A DNA stretch of 57,927 nucleotides from Thiobacillus sp. (GCA_035436705.1 DAOMWT010000001.1:1-57927); one strand, 5' to 3'; shown: positions 11,620 to 24,818, numbered from the stretch's first letter. The notes: a model not told the origin generated them from the letters alone. A program made the numbers and translations.

Positions 11620-12180
11620 ATGAAAATCGCACAGGAACTCCGCGCCGGCAACGTCGTGATGATAGGCAAGGACCCGATGGTGGTGCAGAAAGCCGAATTC
11701 TCGAAATCCGGCCGCAACTCTTCCGTCGTCAAGATGAAACTGAAGAACCTGCTCACCGGCGCCGGCACCGAATCGGTCTACCGCGCCGACGACAAGTTCG
11801 ACACCGTCACCCTCGACCGCAAGGAATGCACCTATTCCTATTTCGCCGACCCGCTGTATGTGTTCATGGACAGCGAATACAATCAGTACGAGATCGAAGC
11901 CGACAATCTGGGCGACGCACTGAACTACCTCGACGACGGCATGCCGCTGGAAGTGGTGTTTTACGACGGCAAGGCCATTTCGGTCGAAATGCCGACCACC
12001 GTCATTCGCGAAGTCGAATACACCGAGCCGGCCGTGCGCGGCGATACCTCGGGCAAGGTGATGAAGCCCGCGCGCATCAAGCCCACCGGGTTTGAACTAC
12101 CGGTCGCGGCTTTCGTCGACATCGGCGACATGATCGAGATCGACACCCGCACCAACGAGTTCAAGCGCCGCGCCAACTGA
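11620..12180 (+). CDS. efp: elongation factor P (Arg32, rhamnosylated type)
   Basis: [18 protein letters not shown] loop with Arg, PAVRGDT. Confidence 0.97.
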   Translation: MKIAQELRAGNVVMIGKDPMVVQKAEFSKSGRNSSVVKMKLKNLLTGAGTESVYRADDKFDTVTLDRKECTYSYFADPLYVFMDSEYNQYEIEADNLGDALNYLDDGMPLEVVFYDGKAISVEMPTTVIREVEYTEPAVRGDTSGKVMKPARIKPTGFELPVAAFVDIGDMIEIDTRTNEFKRRAN

Positions 12181-12200
12181 GTTCCGGCACCTGTCCCTGG

Positions 12201-12232
12201 AAAAGGCAGCTTCGGCTGCCTTTTGTTTTTTT
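12201..12232 (+). terminator. intrinsic terminator after efp
   Basis: aaaaggcagc-ttcg-gctgcctttt followed by a T tract. Confidence 0.85.
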
Positions 12233-12282
12233 GCCGTCCCCCCCGGCGTTAAAATAGCGGGCTGCATTCCCGTATCCGCCCC

Positions 12283-15200
12283 ATGATCGATCCGCGTTTC
12301 ATTCATCTTCGCCTGCATACCGAGTATTCCGTCACCGATGGCCTGGTGCGGATCGGCGAGGCGGTCGGGCGTGCGCGCGAGACGGCCATGCCTGCACTCG
12401 GGGTGAGCGATCTGTCCAACACCTTCGGCTGGGTGAAGTTCTATCGTGCCGCGCGCGCTGCCGGCATCAAGCCGGTGTTCGGCTGCGACGTGTGGGTCAC
12501 GAACATGGCCGACCGTAACCGTCCATCGCGCCTGTTGCTGCTGGCGCAGCACCGCGCGGGCTATCGCCGCCTGTGCGAACTGCTTAGCCGCGCCTATCAG
12601 GACAACCTCCATCGCGGCCGTGCCGAAATCGATCCCGCCTGGCTGGCCGACGATAGCGACGGCCTGCTGGCATTGTCGGGCGGCGACGCCGGCAACGTCG
12701 CGCAGGCGATTCTCGACGACAAGCCCGATGCCGCGCGTGCCGCCGCGGAAGCCTGGGCCACGTTGTTTCCGGGACGCTATTACCTGGAACTGCAGCGTTT
12801 CGGCCAGCCGCATGCCGAACGTCTGATCGACGGTCTGCTCGACCTCGGCGCGATGCTGAACCTGCCGGCAGTCGCCACCCATCCGATCCAGTTCATCGCG
12901 CCGGACGATTTCAAGGCGCACGAGGCGCGCGTGTGCATCGCCGAAGGCATGATGCTGGGTGACCCGCGCCGTCCGCGGCCGTTTACCGCCGAGCAGTATT
13001 TCAAGACGCCGGATGAGATGGCGAAGCTGTTCGCCGACCTGCCCGAGGCGCTCGCCAACAGCGTGGAAATCGCCAAGCGCTGCAACCTCACGCTGGAACT
13101 CGGCAAGAGCAGGCTGCCCGATTTCCCGACCCCAGACGGCATGGGACTCGACGACTACATGCGGCAGCGCTCCTTCGAAGGCCTGCACGAACGCATGGCC
13201 CAGCTTTATCCCGATGAAGCCCAGCGCGCCGCCAGGCTGCCGGAATACACCGAGCGGCTCGAATTCGAACTCGGCACCATCATCCAGATGGGCTTCCCCG
13301 GCTACTTCCTCATCGTGGCCGACTTCATCAACTGGGCCAAGAACAACAACGTGCCGGTGGGGCCGGGGCGCGGCTCCGGCGCGGGCTCGCTGGTCGCCTA
13401 CAGCCTGCGCATCACCGACCTCGATCCGCTGGCCTACGACCTGCTGTTCGAACGGTTCCTCAACCCCGAGCGGGTGTCGATGCCCGACTTCGACATCGAC
13501 TTCTGCCAGGACGGGCGCGACCGCGTGATCCAGTACGTGAAGGACAAGTACGGCCACGCGGCGGTGTCGCAGATCGCCACCTTCGGCACCATGGCGGCCA
13601 AGGCGGTGCTGCGCGACGTTGGCCGCGTGCTCGATCTGCCTTATCTGTTCGTCGACAAGTTCGTCAAGCTGGTGCCCAACGAACTTGGCATCTCGCTCGC
13701 CGAGGCCCGAGAGAAGGAGCCGCAGATCGATGAGCGCGCCCGCAACGAGGAAGAACTCGCCGAGCTGCTGCCGCTGGCGGAAAAGCTCGAGGGCATCACC
13801 CGCAACGTCGGCATGCACGCGGGCGGGGTACTGATCGCGCCGGGCCGGCTCACCGACTTCTGTCCGCTGTATCGCGCCGAAGGTTCGGACGCCATGGTGT
13901 CGCAGTTCGACAAGGACGACGTCGAGGCGATCGGCCTGGTGAAGTTCGACTTTCTCGGCCTGCGCACGCTGACCATTCTCGCCGAAGCGGTGCGTTTCGT
14001 GCAGCGCCACCCGGGGCGGGAAAGCTTCCGCCTGGAGGACCTGCCGCTCGACGATCCGGCGGTGTACAAGCTGTTCGCCGCCGGCAACACCACTGCGGTG
14101 TTCCAGTCCGAATCGCGTTCGGCCAAGGACCTGGAAAAGAAGCTGAAAGGCGACTGCTTCGAAGACATCATCGCGCTGATGGCGCTGAACCGGCCGGGCC
14201 CGCTCGGCTCCGGCATGGTGGACGACTTCATCGCGCGCAAGCAGGGCAAGCAGAAGCCCGAGTATTTCCATCCCGACCTCGAGCCGGTGCTGAAATCGAC
14301 CTACGGCATCATCGTCTACCAGGAACAGGTGATGCTGGTGGCGCAGATCCTGGCGGGCTACAGCCTCGGTGCCGCCGACATGCTGCGGCGCGCCATGGGC
14401 AAGAAGAAGCCCGAGGAAATGGCGCAGCAGCGCACGATCTTCCTCGAAGGCGCCGCCAGGCGCGGGGCCGACACCAAGGTCGCCGAACGCTTGTTCGATC
14501 TGATGGAGAAGTTCGCCGAATACGGCTTCAACAAGTCGCACTCGGCGGCCTACGCGCTGGTGGCGTACCACACCGCCTGGCTCAAGGCCTACTACCCGGC
14601 CGAATTCATGGCGGCGACGATGTCGTCGGAAATGTCCGACACCGACAAGGTGCGGGTGTTCTACGAGGACTGCCGCGCCAATGGGTTGGTGATGCTGCCG
14701 CCCGACATCAATCTGTCCGGCTATCGCTTCGAACCGGTTTCCGCAACTGAAATCCGCTACGGCCTGGGTGCGATCAAGGGCAGTGGCGAGGCGGCGATCG
14801 GCGCCATCGTCGCCGAGCGCGAAGCCAACGGTTCCTACAAAGGCCTGTTCGACCTGACGCGGCGGGTCGACAAGCGCTACCTCAACCGCCGTGTGCTCGA
14901 AGCGCTGGTGAAGGCGGGGGCGTTCGACAGCCTCAATCACCACCGTGCCAGCCTGATGGCGTCCGTCGGGGCCGCACTTGAAACCGCCGACCGCGCCGCG
15001 CGCAGTGGTGGCCAGGTCGGGCTGTTCGGCGAAGCGCTCGACGGCGGTGAAGAACTGATCGATGTGCCCGTATGGCCGGAGCAGGAAAAGCTGCTTCAGG
15101 AAAAGTCCGCACTCGGCTATTTCTTCAGCGGCCATCCCTTCACCTCGTATCTGGCCGAGGTATCCAGTTTCGCCAAAAGGCAGCTCGACAGCCTGGAACC

Positions 15201-15720
15201 CTCACGCGATCCGGTGATGCTGGCCGGCATCGCGGTCTCACTGCGCACCCAGATGACGCGCCGCGGCAAGATGCTGATTCTGCTGCTGGACGACGCGACC
15301 GCCCAGGTCGAGGTGGTGATCTTCAACGAACTGTACGAACAGAGCCGGCATCTGCTGAAGGATGACGCCCTGCTGATCATCGAAGGCAAGGTCAACCGCG
15401 ACGACTATTCCGGCGGGATGCGGGTGACGGCAGAGCGGATCTACGATCTGGCGGGTGCGCGCACCCGCTTTGCACAGGGCCTGCGGCTGGCGTGCAACGG
15501 ACAATATCCTGACCAATCCAGTAGCAGCCGCAAACTGGCTGAATTGCTCGCGCCCTACAAGATGCAGGGGGGGGGATGCCCGGTATGGGTCGACTATTGC
15601 AATCCCGGCGCATGTTGCCGGGTGCGTCTGGGTGAGGATTGGCGGGTGCGCCTGGACGACCGGCTGCTTGAGTCACTGGAGGGCTGGCTCAAGCCCGAAG
15701 CGGTGAGCGTGATTTACTGA
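12283..15720 (+). CDS. dnaE: DNA polymerase III alpha subunit
   Basis: PHP domain HLRLHTEYS, GPGRGSGAGS, RVSMPDFDIDF, YGFNKSHS. Confidence 0.98.
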   Translation: MIDPRFIHLRLHTEYSVTDGLVRIGEAVGRARETAMPALGVSDLSNTFGWVKFYRAARAAGIKPVFGCDVWVTNMADRNRPSRLLLLAQHRAGYRRLCELLSRAYQDNLHRGRAEIDPAWLADDSDGLLALSGGDAGNVAQAILDDKPDAARAAAEAWATLFPGRYYLELQRFGQPHAERLIDGLLDLGAMLNLPAVATHPIQFIAPDDFKAHEARVCIAEGMMLGDPRRPRPFTAEQYFKTPDEMAKLFADLPEALANSVEIAKRCNLTLELGKSRLPDFPTPDGMGLDDYMRQRSFEGLHERMAQLYPDEAQRAARLPEYTERLEFELGTIIQMGFPGYFLIVADFINWAKNNNVPVGPGRGSGAGSLVAYSLRITDLDPLAYDLLFERFLNPERVSMPDFDIDFCQDGRDRVIQYVKDKYGHAAVSQIATFGTMAAKAVLRDVGRVLDLPYLFVDKFVKLVPNELGISLAEAREKEPQIDERARNEEELAELLPLAEKLEGITRNVGMHAGGVLIAPGRLTDFCPLYRAEGSDAMVSQFDKDDVEAIGLVKFDFLGLRTLTILAEAVRFVQRHPGRESFRLEDLPLDDPAVYKLFAAGNTTAVFQSESRSAKDLEKKLKGDCFEDIIALMALNRPGPLGSGMVDDFIARKQGKQKPEYFHPDLEPVLKSTYGIIVYQEQVMLVAQILAGYSLGAADMLRRAMGKKKPEEMAQQRTIFLEGAARRGADTKVAERLFDLMEKFAEYGFNKSHSAAYALVAYHTAWLKAYYPAEFMAATMSSEMSDTDKVRVFYEDCRANGLVMLPPDINLSGYRFEPVSATEIRYGLGAIKGSGEAAIGAIVAEREANGSYKGLFDLTRRVDKRYLNRRVLEALVKAGAFDSLNHHRASLMASVGAALETADRAARSGGQVGLFGEALDGGEELIDVPVWPEQEKLLQEKSALGYFFSGHPFTSYLAEVSSFAKRQLDSLEPSRDPVMLAGIAVSLRTQMTRRGKMLILLLDDATAQVEVVIFNELYEQSRHLLKDDALLIIEGKVNRDDYSGGMRVTAERIYDLAGARTRFAQGLRLACNGQYPDQSSSSRKLAELLAPYKMQGGGCPVWVDYCNPGACCRVRLGEDWRVRLDDRLLESLEGWLKPEAVSVIY

Positions 15721-15768
15721 ATGCCGGGCGACACGGAAGCGCCGGTCGATGTTTTTTTGCATTGGGGG

Positions 15769-15804
15769 TTGACAGGCAATGAATTATATTAGATTATTCT
15801 AATA
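15769..15804 (+). promoter_or_regulatory. sigma70 promoter of the sRNA with overlapping palindromic operator
   Basis: TTGACA at 15769-15774; perfect inverted repeat TATTAGA-N4-TCTAATA at 15787-15804 over the expected -10/+1. Confidence 0.65.
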
Positions 15805-15900
15805 ACGCTGAGGCCGCTGCAATAGCACTTCAGTGTTGTCTCCTCCAATCCTCCTCCTTTGGTGGATATTCAGCCCGGCTCATGAGCCGGGCATTTTTTT
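15802..15900 (+). ncRNA. double-hairpin small RNA with CU-rich anti-SD linker, resembling the Betaproteobacteria toxic sRNA family
   Basis: 5' stem (aacgctgagg...cttcagtgtt), GTCTCCTCCAATCCTCCTCCTTTGGTGGAT core, terminator gcccggctc-at-gagccgggc plus T7; own promoter; no ORF. Confidence 0.8.
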
Positions 15901-15935
15901 GCCTGTCCAGGCAAGATGGCAATCCTGGCGCCGAG

Positions 15936-16205
15936 CTAATCGCCCCGTTTCTCGAATCCGCTGAACTGGCCGTGCGCCTCATCAAGCTCGATGCGTTCAA
16001 CCCGCGCCAATGGCGGGCCGCTGCGCGCCCATTGAATCAGCGCGTCGACGGCTGCGGCACTGCCCTGAACCACGGCTTCGACCGACCCATCGGACGCGTT
16101 GCGTACCCAGCCGGCCACATTCAGCCGTTCAGCCTCGCGCCGCATCGACTCGCGATACCACACACCCTGCACGCGGCCATGAATGCGCAGGTGCAGCGTC
16201 TTCAT
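15936..16205 (-). CDS. acyP: acylphosphatase
   Basis: [20 protein letters not shown]. Confidence 0.93.
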   Translation of the reverse strand: MKTLHLRIHGRVQGVWYRESMRREAERLNVAGWVRNASDGSVEAVVQGSAAAVDALIQWARSGPPLARVERIELDEAHGQFSGFEKRGD

Positions 16206-16211
16206 GACGGT

Positions 16212-18278
16212 TTATTTCACTTTCATGCCCGGCTGTGCGCCGCTGTCAGGCGACAGGATGAACAGGCCGGGCGCTTCGCCTTTATGCCCTTCAGGGTAGG
16301 AGGCCGCCAGGACCATGCCTTCGCTCATGCCGAACTTCATCTTGCGCGGCGCGAGGTTGGCGACCATCACGGTGAGCCGTCCGACCAGCGCTTCCGGCGC
16401 ATAGGCCGACTTGATGCCGGCAAACACCTGGCGGGTGCCGAGCTCGCCGAGGTCGAGCGTCAGCCGCAGCAGCTTGTCGGCGCCTTCGACGTGGGAGGCC
16501 TCGGCGATGCGCGCGATGCGCAGGTCGATCTTCGCGAAGTCGTCGATGCCGATGGTGTCGGTCACAGGGGCGGCGGCCGTCTGCGCAGCGTGCACCTGCG
16601 CTTCGGCGTGGCGCACCGGCGCGGGGGTAGGTTCGAGGTTCTGTTTGTTGGCGTCTACCATGGCTTCGATGGATTTGGGGTCGATGCGGGTCATCAGGTG
16701 GCTGTACTGGTTGATGCGGCGGCGGATGAACAGGCTCTGGGAATCGTCCCAGGCCAGCGGCGGAATGTCGAGGAAGGCCTCAACCTGCGCGGCCAGCTTC
16801 GGCAGCACCGGCTTCAGGTACAGGGTCAGCAGGCGAAAGCAGTTGAGCGCGACGGTGCAGACCTCGTGCAGTCGATAGACGGCTTCGGGCTTCTTCGCCA
16901 GCTCCCAGGGTTTTTCGTCGGCCACGTATTGATTGGCGCGGTCGGCCAGTGCCATGATTTCGCGCAGGGCCTTGGCGTAATCGCGCGCCTCGTAATGCGC
17001 GGCGATTGAATCAGAAGCAGCCTGGAATGCGCCGATGAGCTCGATATTGGCGACGCCGTCGGCGAGCTTACCGTCGAAGTTCTTGTGGATGAAGCCGGCG
17101 GTGCGGCTGGCGATGTTGATGAACTTGCCGACCAGATCCGAATTCACCCGCGCGACGAAGTCGTCCAGGTTGAGATCGATGTCCTCCATCGTGCCGTTGA
17201 GCTTGGCGGCGTAGTAGTAGCGCAGCCATTCTGGGTTCAGCTTCTGCGCCAGATAGCTTTCGGCGGTGATGAAGGTGCCGCGCGATTTGGACATCTTCTG
17301 GCCGTTGACGGTCAGGAAGCCGTGCGCATAGATCGCTGTCGGCAGGCGGTGGCCGGAGTATTTCAGCATCGCCGGCCAGAACAGGGCGTGGAAATACAGG
17401 ATGTCCTTGCCGATGAAGTGCACCAGTTCGGTGCTGGAATCGGCGCCCCACCAGGCGTCGAAGTCGAGACCGTGATCTGCGGCGTATTTGGCGAAACTCG
17501 CCATGTAGCCCACCGGCGCATCCAGCCACACGTAGAAATACTTGCCGGGCGCGCCGGGGATCTCGAAGCCGAAGTAGGGCGCGTCGCGGCTGATGTCCCA
17601 GTTGTTCAGACCCGAGGCGAACCATTCCTGCATCTTGTTGGCGGCTTCCACCTGCAGCGTGCCCGAGGTTGTCCATTCGCGCAGGAAGGCTTCGCACGCG
17701 CCGAGCTTGAAGAAGTAATGCTCGGAATCCTTGTGCACCGGCGTCGCGCCCGATACCGCTGATACCGGATTCTTCAGTTCGATCGGGCTGTAGGTGGCAC
17801 CACACACTTCGCAGTTGTCGCCGTACTGGTCGGCCGCGCCGCACTTCGGGCATTCGCCCTTGATGAAGCGGTCCGGCAGGAACAGGTTTTTTACCGGGTC
17901 GTACAGTTGTGCAATCGTCTTGCTTTCGATCAGGCCGGCTTCCTTCAGGCGCAGATAGATGGTCGACGCCAGTTCGCGGTTCTCCTCGGAATGCGTCGAG
18001 TAGTAATGATCAAAGCCGATGTGGAAGCCGGCGAAGTCGCGCGTATGCTCGTCCCACACCCGGCCGATCAGCGTTTCCGGCGTGATGCCTTCCTTTTCCG
18101 CGCGCAGCATGATCGCAGTGCCATGGGTGTCGTCGGCGCACATGTAGCGGCAGTCATGGCCGCGCATCTTCTGGAAACGCACCCAGATATCGGTCTGGAT
18201 GTATTCGACCAGGTGGCCGAGGTGAATGCTGCCGTTGGCGTAGGGCAGGGCGGAGGTGACGAGGATTTGGCGGGACAT
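16212..18278 (-). CDS. metG: methionine--tRNA ligase
   Basis: [21 protein letters not shown]-terminal tRNA-binding domain. Confidence 0.97.
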   Translation of the reverse strand: MSRQILVTSALPYANGSIHLGHLVEYIQTDIWVRFQKMRGHDCRYMCADDTHGTAIMLRAEKEGITPETLIGRVWDEHTRDFAGFHIGFDHYYSTHSEENRELASTIYLRLKEAGLIESKTIAQLYDPVKNLFLPDRFIKGECPKCGAADQYGDNCEVCGATYSPIELKNPVSAVSGATPVHKDSEHYFFKLGACEAFLREWTTSGTLQVEAANKMQEWFASGLNNWDISRDAPYFGFEIPGAPGKYFYVWLDAPVGYMASFAKYAADHGLDFDAWWGADSSTELVHFIGKDILYFHALFWPAMLKYSGHRLPTAIYAHGFLTVNGQKMSKSRGTFITAESYLAQKLNPEWLRYYYAAKLNGTMEDIDLNLDDFVARVNSDLVGKFINIASRTAGFIHKNFDGKLADGVANIELIGAFQAASDSIAAHYEARDYAKALREIMALADRANQYVADEKPWELAKKPEAVYRLHEVCTVALNCFRLLTLYLKPVLPKLAAQVEAFLDIPPLAWDDSQSLFIRRRINQYSHLMTRIDPKSIEAMVDANKQNLEPTPAPVRHAEAQVHAAQTAAAPVTDTIGIDDFAKIDLRIARIAEASHVEGADKLLRLTLDLGELGTRQVFAGIKSAYAPEALVGRLTVMVANLAPRKMKFGMSEGMVLAASYPEGHKGEAPGLFILSPDSGAQPGMKVK

Positions 18279-18345
18279 GAACGAGCCGAAGGGCAAAAAA
18301 CGCCCATTTTAACGCCTGCCGACCGCTGCGCTCTTACCCTGCCCG

Positions 18346-18948
18346 CTAAAAACGCGAGCCGGGCTGTCTCAGGAATTCGACTTCGTCGGGCGTGGAGGGG
18401 CGGCCCAGGATCGCATTGCGATGCGGGAAGCGGCCGAAGCGCGTGACGACATCGAGATGCTTGCGCGCGTAATCGAGGAAGTTGTCGAACAGCGCGCGTT
18501 CGTCCGCCGCCGCCTCGTGCGCCAGTTGCGCATACAGCAAGACGGACCGCTCCTGTATGGCAAGCGACTCGGCGTGCTCCAGCGGCAGATAGAGAAACAC
18601 CCGCTCGATCGGCGCCAGCCGCTGGTTCTCGCCGGATTCCAGCGCGGCAAGACTCAGTGCCAGCGATTGCGGATCGGTAGCGAAAGCCTGCGGCTGATCG
18701 CGATAAATATGGTGCGGAAACTGGTCGAGCACGATCACCAGCGCCAGTCGTCCGCGCGGGGTGTCTATCCAGTGATCGAGGTGGCCTGCAGTGGCCGCGG
18801 TCAGCGTGGCGGCAAAGCGGTCGATGACCGCCTGGTCATTTTCCGGCGACTTGCCGAACCACAGTTTGCTTTGCCGTTCCGCGACCGTGGCCGCGCTGCC
18901 TGGCGCGCCGAACCAGAAAGCGAGCACATTTTCGGGGGCGTCTGTCAT
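18346..18948 (-). CDS. DUF924 family protein
   Basis: VLAFWFG, VLDQFP, FLYLPLEHAE, FGRFPHRNAILGRPST. Confidence 0.9.
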   Translation of the reverse strand: MTDAPENVLAFWFGAPGSAATVAERQSKLWFGKSPENDQAVIDRFAATLTAATAGHLDHWIDTPRGRLALVIVLDQFPHHIYRDQPQAFATDPQSLALSLAALESGENQRLAPIERVFLYLPLEHAESLAIQERSVLLYAQLAHEAAADERALFDNFLDYARKHLDVVTRFGRFPHRNAILGRPSTPDEVEFLRQPGSRF

Positions 18949-18965
18949 GGCGGGTTCAATGTGGC

Positions 18966-19217
18966 TCAGAACATGTCGTCGGGCAGCTCGTTGTGCGCGC
19001 CGTCGCAAAACGGCTTGTCCTTGCTGTGCTTGCAGTTGCACAGCCATACCGTCGTTTTTTCCTTGATGATGAACGGCATCGGCTCGATACCGCTGCCTTC
19101 ATGCGAACCGTCGCAGAACGGCTGCGTCATCGAACGTCCGCACGAGCACCACCAGTATTCGCCAGGTTCGAGTTCGAGTTCAGCGGGATTGCGGTCGTAG
19201 ACAATGGGTTCGGACAT
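18966..19217 (-). CDS. CDGSH iron-sulfur domain protein
   Basis: Two motifs: WCSCGRS...PFCDGSH and LCNCKHS...PFCDGAH; GGAG RBS. Confidence 0.93.
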   Translation of the reverse strand: MSEPIVYDRNPAELELEPGEYWWCSCGRSMTQPFCDGSHEGSGIEPMPFIIKEKTTVWLCNCKHSKDKPFCDGAHNELPDDMF

Positions 19218-19367
19218 GGCGTGCTCCTGTGCAAAAAAGCGCCATTCTAGCGGCATTGGGCACTTTGAAATCCGCATGGTTTTTGTGGTGATTGGCACTG
19301 CCATGGCGAAGCCGGATCGTGCATGGAAAAGAAGTGATGTCGCATCGGCTGCCATGAAGGAGGATTC

Positions 19368-19445
<78 letters not shown>

Positions 19446-19530
19446 AGGCAGATATGGCGGGCTCAGTATGGGCTGAACCCTTGCTTGAAGAACTACCGGG
19501 AAACGTTCAAGGAAACGTCTTTCAACGCAG

Positions 19531-20505
19531 TCAAAAACTACGGTCAACCGCGAAAGCCGCTAATTGTAGCAAAGCTGATTTGGATTTTGAATCAGGTAAT
19601 GCAGAAATTGCATCATTTGCCATCTGAACTTCCCGCTGCGCGGCTTCGCGGGTGTATTGCAGGGCGCGCGTATCCTTGATTGCAGCGAGCACGCTCTGGA
19701 ATTCGGTGAGGCCGCCGTGTTCGATGGCCTGGCGGATGCTGGCGGCCTGTTCCGGGGTGCCGTGCTTCATCGCGTACAGCAGCGGCAGGGTGGGCTTGCC
19801 TTCGGCGAGGTCGTCGCCGATGTTCTTGCCGGTCTTGAGGAAGTCGCCGGAGTAGTCCAGTACGTCGTCGATCAGCTGGAACGCGGTGCCGAGATGCATG
19901 CCGTAGCGCGCCAGCGCGTCCTTTTCCGCGTCGCTGCCGCCACCGATGACGGCGCCCAGCCGACTCGCGGCCTCGAACAGCTTGGCGGTCTTGTAGCGGA
20001 TGACGCGCAGGTAGTGCTCTTCGTCGATGTCGGGGTCGTGGCAGTTGAGCAGTTGCAGCACCTCGCCCTCGGCGATGATGTTGGTGGCGTCGGACAGGAT
20101 GCGCATGATTTCCATGTTGTCGATCCCCACCATCATCTGGAAAGCGCGCGTATAGAGGAAGTCGCCGACCAGCACGCTGGCGGCATTGCCGAACAGGGCA
20201 TTGGCGGTTTCATGGCCGCGTCGCAGTTCGGATTCGTCGACCACGTCGTCATGCAGCAGGGTGGCGGTGTGGATGAACTCGACCACCGCGGCAAGCTCGT
20301 AGTGGGCGCGGCCCGAATAACTGAGGCAGCCTGCAGATAGCAGCACCAGTGCCGGGCGCAGCCGCTTGCCGCCGCTGTTGATGATGTATTCCGAGACCTG
20401 GCGGATCAGCGCTACGTCGGAATGCAGGCTTTGGCGGATGACATGATCGACAGCGCGCATGTCGTCGGCCAGGTAGGATTGCAGGCTCTCCAGGGACACG
20501 GTCAA
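19531..20505 (-). CDS. ispB: octaprenyl diphosphate synthase
   Basis: GGKRLRP, LLHDDVVD, FQLIDDVLD, GDDLAEGKPTLP; divergent from rplU. Confidence 0.95.
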   Translation of the reverse strand: MTVSLESLQSYLADDMRAVDHVIRQSLHSDVALIRQVSEYIINSGGKRLRPALVLLSAGCLSYSGRAHYELAAVVEFIHTATLLHDDVVDESELRRGHETANALFGNAASVLVGDFLYTRAFQMMVGIDNMEIMRILSDATNIIAEGEVLQLLNCHDPDIDEEHYLRVIRYKTAKLFEAASRLGAVIGGGSDAEKDALARYGMHLGTAFQLIDDVLDYSGDFLKTGKNIGDDLAEGKPTLPLLYAMKHGTPEQAASIRQAIEHGGLTEFQSVLAAIKDTRALQYTREAAQREVQMANDAISALPDSKSKSALLQLAAFAVDRSF

Positions 20506-20669
20506 GGCTTGTATAGGGAAAAGCCTGCGATGTTAGCAGTCCGGGCGCGGTTTTTCATCGCCTGCGGCCAGATAATCAGTGCGGCGGCTGTATTAAATCG
20601 TTTGACTCGCTGTTTGTTCACCGCTAAAATCTTGCGCTTTCCTGGGTTCGTATTGGTTGGAGACCCCCA

Positions 20670-20981
20670 ATGTACGCAGTCATCAAAACCGGCGGCAAGC
20701 AATATCGCGTGAGCGCCGGTGACAAACTTAAAATTGAAAAGCTCGAAGCCGAGATCGGCAGCGAGATCACCTTTGATCAGGTGCTGATGGTGGGCGATGG
20801 CGCCGACATCAAAATGGGCGCGCCCATGCTGCGTGGCGCCACGGTGACGGCCACGGTGCTGAACCAGGCGCGCGGCGACAAGATCAAGATTTTCAAGATG
20901 CGCCGCCGCAAGCATTATCGCAAAAGCCAGGGCCATCGCCAGTACTTCACCGAAGTGCAAATCGGCGGCATCACCGCATAA
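20670..20981 (+). CDS. rplU: 50S ribosomal protein L21
   Basis: [14 protein letters not shown]...GHRQYFT. Confidence 0.98.
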   Translation: MYAVIKTGGKQYRVSAGDKLKIEKLEAEIGSEITFDQVLMVGDGADIKMGAPMLRGATVTATVLNQARGDKIKIFKMRRRKHYRKSQGHRQYFTEVQIGGITA

Positions 20982-20993
20982 GGAGCACATGAC

Positions 20994-21257
20994 ATGGCAC
21001 ACAAGAAAGCAGGCGGCAGTTCACGTAACGGCCGCGATTCGGAGTCGAAACGTCTGGGCGTGAAGCGCTACGGCGGCGAACTAGTTCTGGCGGGCAACAT
21101 CATCGTGCGTCAGCGCGGCACCCAGTTCCATCCCGGCGACAACGTCGGCATCGGCAAGGACCACACCCTGTTCGCCAAGGCGGACGGCACGGTCAAGTTC
21201 GAGATCAAGGGCGCAGCCCGCCGCCGTATGGTTCGCATCGAGCCGGTTGCGGCTTGA
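20994..21257 (+). CDS. rpmA: 50S ribosomal protein L27
   Basis: [16 protein letters not shown]. Confidence 0.98.
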   Translation: MAHKKAGGSSRNGRDSESKRLGVKRYGGELVLAGNIIVRQRGTQFHPGDNVGIGKDHTLFAKADGTVKFEIKGAARRRMVRIEPVAA

Positions 21258-21262
21258 GTTGA

Positions 21263-22697
<1,435 letters not shown>

Positions 22698-22701
<4 letters not shown>

Positions 22702-24818
22702 GTCGTGATGCGTCGGTAAATGTCAGTGACCTTGATGGGCAATTGTCGCACGTCATCCAGAATGATGTAACGCGCTGGGCCGTACATGTGGGGCAGGTAG
22801 TCGCGTGCGTCACGGTCGAGCGTGATGCAGAAGGGGTGAATGCCGGTGCGGCTGGCTTCCAGCAGCGCCATGCGCGTGTCCTCGATGCCGTACTGGCCAC
22901 GATAGACGTCGAAATAATCGTCCGGGCGGCCGTCCGACAGTGTCATCAGCACCCGGGTGCGGGCCTCGACCTGATTCAGCAGCCGAGTCATGTGGCGCAG
23001 TGCGAAGCCCATGCGGGTGTATTCCTGCGGGCGGATGCCGGAGATGCGCGCCTTCACCTCGTCGCCATAACGTTCGTCGAAAGTCTTGATGCGGAACAGC
23101 TCGCAGCGTTTGCGCGTGGTGCCGGAAAAACCATAAATCGCGTAGCGGTCACCCAGCAGTTCCAGCGCCTCGCACAGCAGGATCAGCGCCTCGCGCTCGG
23201 CCTCGTTGATCCAGCCCTTGGTGGAGCCGCTCATGTCGACCAGAAAGGCCACTGCGATGTTGCGCTCGGCGCGGTGCAGGCGCACGAACAGGCGGTCGCT
23301 CATTTCGCGACCGTCTTTCGCATCGGCGAGCGCTTCGATCAGCGCGTCGAGGTCGATTTCGTCGCCCTGGGTCTGCCGCTTGTCGAGGCGGTTCTCGTCG
23401 CGCAGCGCTTCGAATTTCCTGCGCAGGTGCTTGACCACGCCAGCGTATTTTTCGAGCGTGTCGCGATAGAAGCTGTCGTGCGCCGGGGTGACGGTTTTTT
23501 CACGCATCACGCACCAGTTCTTGCGGTAATGCTGACGACCGTGATCCCACTCGGGATACAGCTCGGCGCCTTTTTCATGATAGGTGCCGTGCCATACGGC
23601 ATCCGGGTCCTCGGGCTGGTCGAACACGCGGTTCGGGTCGTATTCGCCATCGCCCGCCGGGGTGAGGTATTCCGGAGGGATCTCGCCGAAGTCGAGATAG
23701 ACCGAGGTAAGCAGCTGTCTGACATCGTCGGGCGGCGCCAGCGGTGCGCCGTCGAGGGTGATCTCGAAATCGAGTCGGCCGTTTTCGTCGCGCGGCTCGG
23801 CATCCAGCGCAGGCGGCGTTTCGGGCGCTGCCTGCGGGCCGGTTTGCGCAGCCGTGTGCTCTTCCAGCAGCTCGGCCAGCCTGATGCGCAGGCGCGCCTT
23901 CTCTTTGTCCAGCCGGGCGGCACGGGCGGCGGCAATCGCCTCCGGACGCAGGCTGCCCTGATCGCTCCATTGCGGGCATTCGGCTTCGCCGTAGGCGGCG
24001 TCGAGCAGGGCCAGGCTGTCGTCCAGCGTGGACTGACCGGAGCCCAGTGCAGCCTCGAAACGGCGCCAGCCTGGCGGCAGTTCAGGGTCGAGCTGCGCGC
24101 GCAGGCGCTGCATCTGGCGGTGCAGGCCGGGCAGCTCACGCGCGATGCGAGCGGTGAGCCGCAGTGTTTCCAGCGCGTGAAGACGGGTGAGCGCGCGTTC
24201 CGGGTCGGCATAATGGGCCGCGACGCCTGCATAGTCGATGCGCAGGGTGCCATAGCGGGTTTGCGCCCACAGCAGTGCGACGGTGATCTTGGCGAGCTGG
24301 AAGTTATCGTCCAGATTCGGCAATGCGGCGATCAATGGCGGCAGCACGATGCGCTCGCCGTCGGTCCAGGCTGCATCGCCTTCCTCGATGCGCAGCCGTC
24401 GTCCGGAAAGGCCGCAGACGAAATTGCCGAGCACCGGCGCGATTTCGTCGAACAGCGCGCCGGCCGCATCGTTCCGGTGCTGCGCCGCATCGAAGCTGTC
24501 GACTTGCTCCATCACCCGCAGCGCGGTCTGCAGGCCGGTACGATCGTAGACGTCGCAGGCGTGCACCGCCCAGGCCTCCAGCAGGCGCCGCTCCATGCGC
24601 GGCAGCAGCGCCGGTGCACGGCGGCCGAACTGCCAGGCGAGCGTGATGTGGGTGGAGGCGATGCGGCGGATCCAGCCGAGGATGAAGTCCTGCTCGTCGC
24701 GTGCCAGCGGTTCGAGCTCGGCGGCGAGTTGCTCGACCTTGAAGTAGGTGAACTCGGTTTCCAGCCAGACGTGGAGGCTGGACTCCATGTCTGCGGCGGA
24801 AAGCGGCGGCTGTGCCAT
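22698..24818 (-). CDS. CbbO/NorD-family von Willebrand A domain protein
   Basis: C-terminal MIDAS LVDMSGST, YTRMG, LSDGRPDD; YPEWD motif; downstream of CbbQ-type ATPase. Confidence 0.9.

Noticed and set aside
10423-12180. earP-efp rhamnosylation system as a novelty
   Set aside because: Well described and typical of Betaproteobacteria.
12097-15135. 1012-aa antisense ORF over dnaE, and similar long shadow ORFs over thrC, the CbbO-like gene, aprA, acnA and lysS
   Set aside because: Each lies opposite a well-supported gene, has no motifs, and is expected from high-GC codon bias.
15567-15575. G9 homopolymer near the dnaE 3' end as a phase-variation tract
   Set aside because: In frame (Gln-Gly-Gly-Gly), in an essential gene, and nothing indicates switching.
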